A stretch of DNA of 64,000 bases, from positions 14,092,558 to 14,156,557 of the forward strand of contig JARFYF010000046.1 of NCBI GenBank assembly GCA_030265395.1, given 5' to 3'. The translations under genes were made by a program, and so were the position numbers. This DNA is from Rhina ancylostomus (taxonomy: Eukaryota). Of the stretch, positions 24,790 through 38,226 are shown in pieces. Below the pieces are notes generated by a model. The model searched no databases, was not told the DNA's origin, and saw only the letters and a program-made list of their open reading frames with translations. Position 1 is the stretch's first letter, and each line of letters opens with the position of its first letter.

Positions 24790-25120
24790 ATCTATCTCTT
24801 TATTATCTCCAGAGTTGACTATTCTACTACATTCCTGGTTGTCCTCCCTTGTTCCACAAAATCTTCCCTTGTTCTGCTCTCTATAAACCTGAGGTCCTCC
24901 AAAGCTGTATTGCCCATGTCCCAAGTCCCACCGTCTCATTCACCATCACCCTGGTACTTCTCGATCTAGATTGGTTTCTGTTGAAGAAACCTTTTAAGCT
25001 TCTCACTCTTTTCATCTCAAAGGCCCAGAGCTCTGGAATTCCCGACCTGAAGTTCCCCGTTCGCTCTCCTTCTTTACAGCTCTCGCTAAAACCTGTCTCT
25101 TTGATCAATCTCTTGGAAAC
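24790..25120 (+). mobile_element. L2-clade LINE 3' fragment
   Basis: IISRVDYS, then KPEVLQSCIAHV...ITLVLLDLDWFLLKKPFKLLTL, matching the L2 SRLDY...ITPVLxxLHWLP motif; 3' ctctggaattccc...taaaacctgtctctttga. Confidence 0.75.
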
Positions 25121-26092
25121 TCGCCCATTATNNNNNNNNNNNNNNNNNNNNNNNNNNNNNNNNNNNNNNNNNNNNNNNNNNNNNNNNNNNNNNNNNNNNN
25201 NNNNNNNNNNNNNNNNNNNNNNNNNNNNNNNNNNNNNNNNNNNNNNNNNNNNNNNNNNNNNNNNNNNNNNNNNNNNNNNNNNNNNNNNNNNNNNNNNNNN
25301 NNNNNNNNNNNNNNNNNNNNNNNNNNNNNNNNNNNNNNNNNNNNNNNNNNNNNNNNNNNNNNNNNNNNNNNNNNNNNNNNNNNNNNNNNNNNNNNNNNNN
25401 NNNNNNNNNNNNNNNNNNNNNNNNNNNNNNNNNNNNNNNNNNNNNNNNNNNNNNNNNNNNNNNNNNNNNNNNNNNNNNNNNNNNNNNNNNNNNNNNNNNN
25501 NNNNNNNNNNNNNNNNNNNNNNNNNNNNNNNNNNNNNNNNNNNNNNNNNNNNNNNNNNNNNNNNNNNNNNNNNNNNNNNNNNNNNNNNNNNNNNNNNNNN
25601 NNNNNNNNNNNNNNNNNNNNNNNNNNNNNNNNNNNNNNNNNNNNNNNNNNNNNNNNNNNNNNNNNNNNNNNNNNGAAAGCTTTTGTAGCAGCAAAAGCAT
25701 TTTGTAGCAGCATGTAATATTATTGCAAGCTTGTCACAACATAGAACTTAGAAAATTGCACCAGAGATTGTTGTTTTAACTGAATGTATGTTCTAATTAT
25801 TAGTGTGTAACCTGTGGGAGGAAACTTGGAAGGAGATCCAAAAGTATAGAACGCAGGTAACAAGAGCCTTGGTGTCTTTATTGTGTGGTGCTGATTGCTT
25901 TAATAGCTTGTAATTAGTTCCATGTTTTGTTTGGTCCTGCTCTATTTTCCAATCAATGGTTTCATCAATCATATTACCCACACATTTCCAACAAAGCCAA
26001 CCCTTCTAAAATACACAGTGGCAGGGATAGTTTGGCTCCTGACTCCAGGGGCAGCAAGTATGAGGTACTACCTGAGGGGGCATCGATGACCT

Positions 26093-26603
26093 AAGGCCAC
26101 ACTTGGAGTATTGCATTCAGTTTCGGTCACCCTGGTGTTGGAAAGGTGGTATTAAACTGGAGAGAGTGCAGAAAAGATTTACAAGCATGTTGCCAGGACT
26201 TGAGGGACTCTGTTACAAGGAAGGGTTGGACAGGCTAGGACATTTTTCCTTAGAGTGTAGGAGACTGGGATGTGATTGTATAGAGCTGTATAAAATCCAG
26301 AGGAGCATAGGCAGGGTGAATTCATGCAGTCTATTTCTCAAGGTTGGGGAATCAGGAACTAGAGAGGATAGGTCTAAGGTGCGAGGGGAGACATTTAATA
26401 GGAAGTTAAGAGGCAAGATTTTTTACACAGAAGGTGGTCTGTGTATGAAATGAGGTACAATAACACAGGTAGTTGGGCAGATACATGAATAGAAAAGGTT
26501 TAGAAGGTTATGGGTCAAACGTGGGCAAATGAGACTAGCTTGCATGGGCATTTTGGTCAGCATAGACCAGTTGGGCTGAAGGGCCTGTTCCCATGCTGTA
26601 CGA
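26093..26603 (+). mobile_element. CR1-clade LINE 3' fragment
   Basis: ORF 26103..26453 LEYCIQFRSP...LERVQKRFTSMLPGLEGLCYKEGLDRLGHFSLE; CR1 tail gggctgaagggcctgttcccatgctgta. Confidence 0.9.
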
Positions 26604-27059
26604 TTTGCTTTGGAAGTTCCCCCGCAACACTGGCAGCTGCCTTTTGTAGATGATCTTCCTGTCAAAGCTGGTGGGCGAGGAACAATGAACAAGCCCATGG
26701 GAAAGGAGGTCAAGGCTCACCGGCACTGCTGAAGACAGAGAATGATGTACCTCCAGGTCCTGGGTCAGTCACTCATGGCTGAGTGGGTTCAGGGTACCTG
26801 TTGAGTGAAGGGGAGTTGCATTGATGACCAGCCTCCACAACACAATGAGCAGTGGCTGTAAAGGACTCTGCCACCCTTGGCTTTAACCCAACTCATCTCC
26901 TTGTTAACAAGACCTATCCTGCCAATCATGTCACTAAATAAATTTCAGAAGTGAGCTGCACAGTATACTGACTCCAATTGGGACAGCCTCTTTTTGTCCT
27001 AGAATAGTCAGCTTTGGCATTGATCTTTGAAGATGATAACATCTCAAAACAGATCCCCT

Positions 27060-27400
27060 ACTCCAGAAGGGTGCCGCTGAAAGTCAGCTGGCTGATGCCA
27101 CAGACCTGACTGAAGAGACACTTGGGGCAGTTAGACACCGGCTTCTGCCCTGGACTGGGCACAAGGTCCATGTTGCAGTAAACCCTGGAAAGGGTCAAGA
27201 TCAATTTATCAAAGTGCTGCATATATTTTCAGAGGAGAGCCTTGGATAAGGTGCACAGAAGATCAGGAAGGTTGTGCTGCCTTCCACAGAATTAAGTGGT
27301 GAGAGACTTCTGGATAAGTAAAGAAGATTAATTTTATTGGCCATTGAGGCAAGTGTGAAGACCTGGTTTCATGAGTGTGTTTACCACCTCACTGCTGTTT
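27060..27400 (+). mobile_element. Possible degraded Gypsy internal (integrase zinc-binding) fragment
   Basis: FYWP (~27332) followed, after a frameshift, by ASVKTWFHECV, resembling the FYWPxMxxxVxxWxxxCxxC H2C2 region. Confidence 0.35.
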
Positions 27401-28659
27401 GTTTCCATGTGATGTGATGGGATTCCCTGGGCGTGTTATAATCAGTGTTACTCTGGCTGAGGGAATGGGTTATGGCTAGGGTGGGATACTGCCTGCTAAC
27501 TGGAGCTTGGTCATTGCTAGGTCTTGGTGTCTGGACCCTGAACCTTCTGCAGCAGACATAGAAGGATTATATAGGGATTCTCNNNNNNNNNNNNNNNNNN
27601 NNNNNNNNNNNNNNNNNNNNNNNNNNNNNNNNNNNNNNNNNNNNNNNNNNNNNNNNNNNNNNNNNNNNNNNNNNNNNNNNNNNNNNNNNNNNNNNNNNNN
27701 NNNNNNNNNNNNNNNNNNNNNNNNNNNNNNNNNNNNNNNNNNNNNNNNNNNNNNNNNNNNNNNNNNNNNNNNNNNNNNNNNNNNNNNNNNNNNNNNNNNN
27801 NNNNNNNNNNNNNNNNNNNNNNNNNNNNNNNNNNNNNNNNNNNNNNNNNNNNNNNNNNNNNNNNNNNNNNNNNNNNNNNNNNNNNNNNNNNNNNNNNNNN
27901 NNNNNNNNNNNNNNNNNNNNNNNNNNNNNNNNNNNNNNNNNNNNNNNNNNNNNNNNNNNNNNNNNNNNNNNNNNNNNNNNNNNNNNNNNNNNNNNNNNNN
28001 NTGCCTTGACTTTATATTCTCAGGCTCTGAACCTTTGGAGGTGAGGTGGAGGTCTCCTGAGCTCAGCTCTTCACTTCAGTGTGCTCACCCCTTTGGGACA
28101 GTTGAGATGGACGCTGGACGGGATAGGAAGCCATGTTTTACAGTGGGAACAATCATTTACCTGCAGTCTCCGCAGCACCAAGGAGATCATCAGAAGCCTT
28201 TAAGTCCCAAAATCCAGTGACTGCAGTCAGCTCTCCCTGACTTTAAAGTAACCTTCAAAATGGCCCCAATTTCCACCTCTGAATTATTGAGCGAGAGCAG
28301 AGAGCAGGGGCAACAGTGTGGGCACGGATGGGAATGGTGCAGGGGTGGCTCATTGTCTCATTGTGGTTTGCATTTATTCAGGAGGTCCCTCTTTCCATTG
28401 GAAGCCCCAACTTGTTGGGCAGAAGAAAATCGGAATAGACAAAGTATTTCAGTTACAGTCCCCGTCCTCCACCTTACCCAGTTTTAGGGACAGATAGGAC
28501 TTTAGACACATTAAACCTTTCGCCACAGTATCTTGCTCACACTGCTTCAAAGATTAGTGAGTTGGATGTCAACTGTCTGATTCACCTTCAAATAATCCAC
28601 AACATATCCAGCACCTTTTGGCTGATTGTGCCCATACTTTAGTTTAATCTGACATCTTG

Positions 28660-28960
28660 GACCATAGCCCTCAGGTTTTGACCTGAAGGTAGTCATCCAG
28701 GTAGATTATAAATGACGTAAAGGTTTCTGGCACCACCACCTCTTCTGGTTGTGAGTTCCAACCTCCTCTCCTCATTGAGTGGTAAAAGGTTTACTCACTC
28801 CCATTTACTCCATGTCCCAACTAAGTTATATCTCTGCTCTGGGAAATAGGTCTTTCCTGTTCATTCTAGACCTCTTATAATTTTCTACACCTCGATTAAA
28901 TCTTTCTGCCAGCTTTTTTGTTCCCCTGAAAACAGCCGTAACTTAGCCAGTCTTCTCCAA
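28660..28960 (-). mobile_element. CR1-clade LINE 3' fragment, degraded
   Basis: caccaccacctcttctggttgtgagttccaac...cctcttataattttctacacctcgattaaatc. Confidence 0.6.
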
Positions 28961-28964
28961 CTTA

Positions 28965-29305
28965 AGGGCAACCCAGTGGCTGACTCACAACACCAAAGAC
29001 CCGAGTTCAAATCTGAACTCAGTTGCTGTCTGTGTGGAGTTTGCATGATCTGCTTGTGATCATATGGGTTTCCCCTGGATGCTCCAGTTTCATCCCACGT
29101 CCCAAAGACGTGAGGCTTGGTTATGTTAATTGACTACTTTGAATTGTCTTTAGTGTTTGAGGGAGTGGTAGAATCTGGGGTGAGTTGATGAGAATGTGGA
29201 AAGAACAAAATTGGGATTGAGGAAGGGTTAGTGTAAATGGATGATCAGCCCTGACTTGATGGGCCAAATGGTCTGTTTCCATGATCTATTTCCCTATGAC
29301 TCTGT
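28965..29305 (+). mobile_element. V-SINE (HE1-type)
   Basis: B box gagttcaaatc, core gggtttcccctggatgctccagtttcatcccacgtcccaaagacg, CR1-like tail gggccaaatggtctgtttccatg...tatgactct. Confidence 0.85.
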
Positions 29306-29899
29306 GATAGCATAAATCATTATGGGTCCACAATGGGTGAAGGGGCATTTGAGGCAATCTGGTGGTTAGGCCACAGGACTGCCTGTCACCTGATTCTAAT
29401 GTATTGTGCCAGCCCTTACAAGCACATGGGGCCTTGCACAATGTTTGCAAGAAATCTAATTATAGACCAGTGCTGGGAATTCTCCTTGGGGAGGCAGTGG
29501 ATGGGATGAGAATGCTTCTGTCAATCAACCACCTTAACAATGGTGAGTGTCCTGAACAAGCCGAATCACCACGCTTCCTCTGCAGTGACAGTCATTTGGG
29601 AGATTGGCCCCACAAACTTCTCGATGCCAATCCCATGTATGTAACCATCAGTGGCATGCTTCCTGCTGTGAATACACCACGAGAGAGAGAGATGAGCCAC
29701 TGAGAGAGATACACTTAAACAGCTGTGCATTTGTATCTTTGCCATCATCTTAGAAATGAATTCATCACTGGGTAGTTAGGGCTAGATTTCAGTTGCAATT
29801 TGACTGGGGCAATTTTTCATACAGCCGTATCCTCCCACTGCCATTTCGCTTGCAGGAGCTTCAGGGATTGTCCTGGGATTCAGCTGAGCAGGCATGAGA

Positions 29900-30450
29900 T
29901 TCGGGGTGGGGAGTGGGGGGTGAGGTGTGGCTGGCATTCTGTCCATGATGGAAGCACAAGGTGCCCAGTGCCATGTGATATGAAGCCATCCATCACCGTG
30001 CTGCATACCAGCAGCAACCCAGCCCTGGGCACAATACTTGCATCCTCAGGGNNNNNNNNNNGCAGCTGACGGCCATACAATTGTCTCATGTTTATGAACT
30101 CCATGCCATAGGGATTGGCTGATGAATGATCCATGTTCATTTGTTCAGCCTGCAGCGTGCTTTAGATTCCATTGAATGGTCTCAGGAGGCTTCATGTCTG
30201 ATACTACACATGCTGCCTGCCCACTCACAGCCTCTGAGGTGCCAGTCATTGGGGAAGAGTTCCAGCCAATCCTTTGGGGAGGAACTTCTTATACCCCAGC
30301 TCCATTCCCTGCTTCACGTGTGCACTTTCCACAAGCGAGTGGCTCAGAGGGGATGTTGTATTGGTCAGGTGACATAAGGCATTGAGAAATGCTGCCTAGC
30401 TTCATGGCACTTCATCCTGGATAATGATTGACCATCACTGCAGTCTTATT
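29900..30450 (-). mobile_element. Possible Harbinger transposase debris
   Basis: Minus-strand fragments TGTSEAVSGQAACVVSD and EFIN weakly resemble the HARBI1-type SGSFQxxxGDxxGISQ and FINRKG motifs, in the right order. Confidence 0.25.
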
Positions 30451-31183
30451 CCAACAGCACATCTGGAGAGCTGTGGCCAGGGATGAAGAAAGTAAGTGGC
30501 AAAGAGAGGATGCAAGATGCCCTCCATGTGGTAACACTGCTGGAGAACGATACCTGGAGTTGCATTAGTGGCTCCTCACAATAATACAGATAGTCACTGA
30601 GTTAGAATGGGCTGGTTCTTAACTGCCTCGGTGCCCAAGTGAGTCTGTTACTTTTAGTAAGGGCGGTCACTGGTACCCTGGTTAGACCTGGTGTAGGATT
30701 GGTGTCCTATATGCGGGAAAGAGGATTCCCAACAGGAAGATTAGTGGGAAGAAAGGCTTTCTTCATTGATATCATTGCAATGTGCATTCCAGCTTTTCCT
30801 ATCAGACTTTCCAAGAGCTGACATGGTGAAGTGAAGCACTGTTGCAACTCATGCAGACTTCAGTGGGAGGCAGTTGTGCAACATGTGTTGGCCTGCCCAC
30901 AGCTCGAGGATGGCCCATGTACAGTTGGGCATCTCGCTGAAGTCAGTTTGTCATCTCTGCACTGTGCCTGTTCCAGCAGGGATCTATGATTCTGGTGGCT
31001 GAACACAAGGAGAAGGAAGAGATCTTGGAAAAGCCTGATAGAAAAAGAGGGATTAATGGTTAAAAAAAAAGAAATCCTCTCATTGGAGAGGACAGGACAC
31101 ACAAACTGTGGGCCATCCAGCCCATATGTTGTGTTACCAAGATAGTAAATATCTTGAATGGAAATAATACTTTCCACGAGGAT

Positions 31184-31290
31184 TCACAAGAGACGAAGTC
31201 TGGAGCAACAAACAATCTGCTGGAGGAACCCAGTGGGTCGAGCAACATCTGCAGGCGGAAAGGAATTGTCAAAACCCTGCATCAGGACTG
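31184..31290 (-). mobile_element. PLE terminal repeat with an internally deleted hammerhead
   Basis: Reverse complement cagtc-ctgatgc-agggtttt-gacaattcctttccgcctgcagatgttgctcgacccactggg; the stem II 3' strand and GAAAC part are missing. Confidence 0.75.
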
Positions 31291-32439
31291 AGTGGGGAGG
31301 TGGCCAGTATGGACAATATTTTACATGAACTTTGTGGGAGACGTTTGAGTTCTCCCTTCCCATTCCTTCTCCATAAGTGAGTCCAGCACCAGAAGTCTTG
31401 AGACCCACACTACTCCCAGCAGTTCTCTCTGATCTTCCCCTCAAAGCAAGTGTAAAACATATATCATGGAAGTCAAGGTGTCTGTGAATTAAAGTTCTGA
31501 AGGGAACTGGCAAGGTTCGGCTGCTCCGATTAAGGAAGCCTGGGACTTGTGCACATCCAGCAGGTTTGTGGCTGATTTCCATTCCTGGATTCCACATGGA
31601 TTCTAACAGTGGAGCTCTGCTGTGCAGGAATTCTCCAGTGTTACACTGGGGGATCCACCTCTCCCATCCTACACCGGACAGACCTGGTTTAGGATAAGTG
31701 AGCCATTTACAGGAAAGGTGATACCCGACAAGGACATTAATGTGGAGAAAGATTTTATTTATATCAATCATTCTTACTGTTACAATTGTTTATATTAGCA
31801 ATTATAACACTAAAAAATAATTGATATTTTGAAAATAATTTTCATTTTTTAATTATTTAAAGCAACTTAGTAATCTTTAACTGTCTTTGAAGCCAGGTCC
31901 AACAGAAACGCAGTTAAGAAAAGCAATTCGGACTTCAACAGGAGCTGAGGCTCTATCCTCAGTTTAGCTTGCTGTCAAATAGTTTCAAGGCATTTTAGGG
32001 GCAGGGGCATCAGCAGTGCACTGAAGTCTACTTGCCTCTCAGACCTCACTGTACTACAGCAGATGTCTCCCGAGAGCCTGTTTGCAACCTCGGCTTCCAC
32101 CCAATATGTGTAGGGGGCCGGGGTCCAAGCGACCCAGCTCAAATCAGCCTATTTAATAGTTTGGAGGAGCTATGATGGTGCTGTGCTTATACTTGGCCAT
32201 GTTATCCACACCTTTCAAGAGTTATGTGCCACATTGGAAGTCTATTTCAGGGCCATATATACAGTCTCCCCTGGTGCAATAAAAAAACATGGATATGAAA
32301 GAGATGAAAGGTTGCCTGAGTGCTTTGAATTGCTGTGAATCCTATTGCCACATATTTAAGAGGAGGGAAATTCTTCTACCCTAGTTATCTCCCTGATTCC
32401 TAACTAAATTTAAAATCCATGACCTATGGATAGAGGAAT

Positions 32440-32825
32440 GGGATGAAAGGATTGTCTTCCACAGATGAGGGGATTCTGGCGTGAGGAAACACTGAACAGG
32501 TTGAACCTGCACACTCTGGTGTTTGGAAGAATGAGAGGTGATCTCATTCTGGGGAGCTCAACAGGATAGGTACTGCAAGGATGTATCCCAGGTGAGGGGG
32601 GGTGGTGGTGGTCACAGCTAGGAGATATGGTTTCAGGATCAGAGACTGAAGATGGCGATGAGGAGGAATTTCAGGGTTGTGAATCTTTGGAATTCTCTAT
32701 CCCAGATAGCTGGGAATACAGGCTCTAAGTATACTAGGGCTGCACTAGACAGGGTTCTGAGGAGTCGAGGGTTTTGTGGATCAGACAAAGAAATGCAGTT
32801 GAGGCCAGGATCAGATCACTTATAA
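32440..32825 (+). mobile_element. CR1-clade LINE 3' fragment, degraded
   Basis: tttggaagaatgagaggtgatctcatt...gaggaggaattt...agggttgtgaatctttggaattctctatcccaga. Confidence 0.7.
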
Positions 32826-34492
32826 TGTGAGTAGAAGGAAACTATAAAATTGCCTTAAACTGTGTCACAACCCCATACTTGGATGACTTGATTTGAATTT
32901 CAAAATGGCTGTTGAATCCACTCACTACTTTGGCATTCGTTGTGAGTAGTTTTGGCTCCATTGGCTCAGCCTCAGCTTTAATCTTTTTAATGTTAGCTGA
33001 GAATTGACAGGACAGTCAACATCAGTTAAGAACAACATTTTAACCATTGTGCAGATGACATGATGGGGGAGGGGCTGCACATGGCTGCTGAGAGCAGAGA
33101 CATGTTTCTCCTGGTCAGAGACTGACGTGGTTCTGACAGCCCAACTTAAATAGGCTTGCACCCAACTAAGCTACGAACCAAATTCAGTCTGATAACTGTA
33201 GTGATATAGCTCACTGCATTTTAACACAGGCCTCTAGAGATATCAGCATTGGATGTGTATCGTGGAAAAGGGATTACTTTAGGACAGCTTCCATGATTTA
33301 AATACTTTTGTGACAGGAACAGAGGAGTTACTACAATTATGAAGGCTGACCTGCATTGCTTCAGTATCATATAACAGGAAGACTGCTTTACTGAAAATTA
33401 TACCCATGAATTTGGCTACCCAGTATACATTACTTTATTTATAAAGGTTTCCTACAATATAAACTAAGGCAACAGAGCCTGAGTGGTTTATGCATTAATC
33501 AGAATCCTGAGATTGCATTAATCCCTGAACACACTTGACTATTTACTGTGTGTTAAATGGATAGCTCAGTGTTACTATCTCACAGTTCTTCTGAAGGTTA
33601 GCTCAGTTAATTGTCACCACCTCTAAAATAGGTCGAGGTTTGTTCAAATATGAGGCAAGAGAGCATTGTTGTACAGAGTTTATGAAGCAGCATCTGCCTT
33701 GTGTCAGTATCACATGAGGTGAAAAGATTATCTCCCTGAAAATACTCTCTTTATTGATATTGTGTTTTTACAGAATATTAAAAATGTTTGTGTTACAATT
33801 CCATGACCTGATCCTGAAGACAGCTGCGGTATTTTCCCCCTCTCTCATATCCTTAACGATGGTTTGGAAAATTCGAGTTGGGCTGAGGGAGGGGGAAGTG
33901 AAGTTGTCAGAACTCCAAGCAAAGGTTCAAGTCTGTGGGTGTTCATGTGCACTTTGCTGAAGGAGTGTCAGGGAGCACAGGCAACCCTGGCAGAGTGATA
34001 TCAAGTTGGAGGCCACCAAGAGAGGACGTGAGGTTAAGACAGTAGAAGAGTAGAGTCATGGAGTGTACAGTACTGAAGTGGACCTTTCAGCCCAACTCGT
34101 CCATGCCCACGTGCACTAATCTGTATCCTATCCAAGTACCTGTCCTTTGCCTTTGTATCTGCCTCTACCATTTCTTCTGGCAGCTTGTTCCACCCAGCCA
34201 CTATCCTCTGTGGAAAAACTTGCCCTTCAGATCTCTATGGTGGAGGGGCAAGGGGACTGTACAGCTCCTTTCCTTGTTCACTGGATTTCCAAATCAGACC
34301 AGCAGAACATAAGGTATTACAGAGAGGGATGGGGAGAAGTCACAGAGACATACACCACAGAAATAGCCCCTTCAGTCTGCCCTGTCGATACTGACCATCA
34401 AGTACCCACCAATTCTAATCCTACTTCTGTAGCCCTCTGTGCTTTGAACTGAGCTAGCTGTGGGTTGAAGGGAGACAAGTGAAGAGAGATCG

Positions 34493-34939
34493 TGTCACAA
34501 TGTCACACGAGATCACAGAGAACCCAAATTCAGAACCCCAGAATGAGACTGGAGTCAAGATGCTTCCTCAGAACCGAACGCAGGTGGCAACCAGAAGGNN
34601 NNNNNNNNNNNNNNNNNNNNNNNNNNNNNNNNNNNNNNNNNNNNNNNNNNNNNNNNNNNNNNNNNNNNNNNNNNNNNNNNNNNNNNNNNNNNNNNNNNCA
34701 CAGCAAAACTGGGACTGCTCTAGAGTTGACAGCTCCAAGCAACCAGGAGACAAAGGATACCCTGAGGTGGACCAATACTCTGGCAACTAGTGCTAGTGAA
34801 ACCAGGGTTCTTATGCTAGTCTCCTGATGGTACTCAGGTATGTGTCATTATGCGATTAATAGTGCATGGAATCCATGAGCTGCACAACAAGGCACCATCA
34901 ATGGGGCCGAAGCAAGGGCCAGCACTAGGAACCATGACC
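34493..34939 (+). mobile_element. Solo-LTR-like element, same family as 11236-11526
   Basis: TGTCAC...TGACC termini; shares cacagagaacccaaat, agactggagtca, atggaatccatg and gaaccatgac with the other copy; possible decayed TSD gatcg/aatca. Confidence 0.65.
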
Positions 34940-35004
34940 AATCAAGCAAAGACAGGAAGCAGTATTAGGCTTGGCTCAATTTGCTCGTTGTATTTTTCAG
35001 GATC

Positions 35005-35370
35005 AGTTCATTACTGGCAATTCCAGCATTTATTGCCCTTCTTTCAGTGCCCCCCGGCAAAGTAGTGGTGAGCCAACTCCTTGAAATTGCTAGGCATCTT
35101 CAGAAGGTATTTTAAAGTCAACAACATCGGGTCGTCGATAGCCCAGACCAGTAAGGATGGCAAATATCCTCCCATGAGGGCATCAGCAGGTCAGATAGCT
35201 TCTCCCCAGTAGTTATTGTGATCTTTATCACTGAGGCTAGTGTTGTTTCTGAATTATAAATGAATTTAAATTCTGCAACTGCTACAAAGGGATTTGAACT
35301 TAGGTCCATGGATTGTTAGGCCAAGCCTTTGGATCACTAGTCTGGCAAATGAAGCACTGAAGCACCACTC
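35005..35370 (-). mobile_element. tRNA-derived SINE with LINE-derived tail
   Basis: Reverse complement head agactagtgatccaaagg...aagttcaaatccc (B box); tail gggcaataaatgctgg. Confidence 0.6.
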
Positions 35371-38226
35371 TACCTGATTTTGGGAGCCTTGTATACAGGA
35401 GGGTAGTGGGTACAGGCCTGTTTGCAGCAGGGAGAGCCAAATATTTGCTCCTATTGTAGTAGGTGCAGAGATCAGAAAACAGATGAGCCCAGAGGATAGC
35501 CCCAAGAAAGATGTCCCGAAGAGGGAGCCCCATTAGTAGCCCAGAAAGAGCATGAGCTGGAAAAAGCCACAGAAGCTAGTCTCAACAGCTCTAAATGTCT
35601 CAGTCATACTCAAAAAAATGCCAACCAAATCATCATATCATCAGCTAGAGGAGACAGCTGAGGTACTGAAGATCAGCAAGAATTAAAGTGGGTTGGTCCA
35701 GACCTGAAACTGAGTGACCGGAGGCTATAAAAAAATGTTAACTTGTAAAATAAAGTAGAAGGACACATGATATCCCATGAAGCATTAATTGTATTGCAGA
35801 ATGCAGGGAGCTTGTACTGTCAATATAATTGGGGCTGTGGGGGTGGTGGTGAATATTTGCAGATTAAATTTTTCTGCAAATACTGAGGAAGGTGACAGAG
35901 TCAGCAGGTCAGACAGCACTGGTGGAGGATGGAAAGGGATGTTAGACTCCATGGTTTTCTGACTCCTGGGGAACTTTAACTTCTCAACATTCAGGGAGCT
36001 GAGTGCCTCAGTGGTACTCAAGAAAGATGATACTTCTGGCAATGCAATTGTTGGAGCGGGTTAAACCCAGCCATTAGTTCCAGGTTTCCTGAACAATTAG
36101 GCAGAGAGCATGCAATGGGAAAGCACACAGCCCAGATGCAGCTGAGGTATTTAAAGGCACATTTCCTATGTTGGATTCTGGAGTTGCCTTCACTGCAAAG
36201 AAGAGTGGTATTTGTGCACAAGCTGCTCAGAGTCCTGGGTGTCATGGTGAGGCTGAAAGTGGACCTGTTAGATGCCTTGGTGATTCAAGNNNNNNNNNNN
36301 NNNNNNNNNNNNNNNNNNNNNNNNNNNNNNNNNNNNNNNNNNNNNNNNNNNNNNNNNNNNNNNNNNNNNNNNNNNNNNNNNNNNNNNNNNNNNNNNNNNN
36401 NNNNNNNNNNNNNNNNNNNNNNNNNNNNNNNNNNNNNNNNNNNNNNNNNNNNNNNNNNNNNNNNNNNNNNNNNNNNNNNNNNNNNNNNNNNNNNNNNNNN
36501 NNNNNNNNNNNNNNNNNNNNNNNNNNNNNNNNNNNNNNNNNNNNNNNNNNNNNNNNNNNNNNNNNNNNNNNNNNNNNNNNNNNNNNACGCAATGTTACAT
36601 AGAACATAGAACAGTACAGCACAGGAACAGGCCCTTCAGCCTACAACCTCAGCATGGACGATTGCATGGTTCGGTGACAAGGAAGTAGATCAGCTGACAC
36701 ACAGGTACTTCACACAAACCTGGGGCAAGGTCTGTGTGTGGTTGTGTACCAACCACACACTGAATCCTTTCCATGTGACAAATGTCCCAGGCTGCTCTGT
36801 AGTAGCCTTGATCTTTAAAAAGAGGGGAAAATATTACAGATCTCTGGAAAAAATGCTGGGTAGACTTGGGATTAATTAAAGAGTTCCTTCAAAGACTAGC
36901 ACAGACACAATCACCTGCTTGGCCAACTTCTGTATTTAAACTCCCACAATTGATGGTACTAGTTCAATGAGTTTGAAGGCTGTGCAGCAATTTAGGCAGC
37001 TGATTGCAGACAATCGGGGAGAGGGGGTGCAGTATGTTATTGACCTCTGCCACTGTTAGTTGAATGAGGTCTTTTAATGTTGGTTGTGCACAGCATGGTA
37101 CCTGCATGATGCAGTATATAAAACAAACCTTTCAACATATTCACACATTGCCAAAGGTTTCACTGTACTGACAAAAATGCATTCAGGAATATCCAGAACA
37201 GGCCTGGCTGACAGCAGCCTATAATAAGGGCACTGGAAGGAGCAAACAAATGAGAAAGGATTATTGAAGTCTAAACAAAGGATAAAGAGTTTGCTTCTTT
37301 TTTTCCTCCTTTGTTCCAAATAATTTTCTCTCAGATCTCTTTGCTTCTTCTGACCTGATCAGATGACATTATTAGTAGTCATTATCTCAGATTGTTGCTG
37401 ACCTCTGACCCAGAGGGGTTAGACAACATACCTTGGAGTAACATTTTATGGGTCGTTACTTGGTCTCAGGGCTTTGCTCACACACTGGCTGCTGGCCTCG
37501 TCAGTGTCTCTGAAGAAACGGATATCCCAAGCTGCCACAGCAGCCTTTAGAGAGGATGATTATGGTGAATAATTAGGGGCTTTCAGATTCTTCTGACTTT
37601 GGTTTATAGGGTCCACTGCTGCACTTCTCTTGGTGTTGTTAATTATTAATTAAAGGCTTGTTTTCATGCGGTTTACTAGAGACATTGCCGGAGTGTCGGG
37701 TTGCTGGTATTATGGCTCCAGTAGACACCCACTCGGCTGTCGTGTCACCGCGAGTTGGTGGCAACGGGTGGAGACCAATGACCCCTCCATCACTGGGTCG
37801 CAGCACCTTGTGCAACTGACGCACACTTCTGCCAGGGGAGCTCAGATTAGTAACTCTGAAAAGCCTCTGAGACATCAGGGTTCATGACACAACAGAAGTA
37901 CATGGAAGTGAGTGATCCCAGGTCACATGCATTTATTTTAGAAAATGTACCCCCAGGGTATAGAGGATATAGATTACTTCCACACAGAAGTCTATCTTTT
38001 AATGCAAAGAGGATGAATTAAAAGTAGTAACTGGCACCAATTTGGGTAGGTTCAGTTCAGTTTGACAGCTGGGTGCATTTTTTCATTTGTCAGTTGCAAA
38101 CANNNNNNNNNNNNNNNNNNNNNNNNNNNNNNNNNNNNNNNNNNNNNNNNNNNNNNNNNNNNNNNNNNNNNNNNNNNNNNNNNNNNNNNNNNNNNNNNNN
38201 NNATAATACATTATTAATTGTTGCAG

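Noticed and set aside
24849-25713. Long ORFs spanning N runs (also at 27507, 36115, 47706)
   Set aside because: Their length is an artefact of Ns lacking stop codons.
31184-31771. 195-aa minus-strand ORF
   Set aside because: No recognisable domain, non-ATG start, and it ends inside a PLE terminal repeat.
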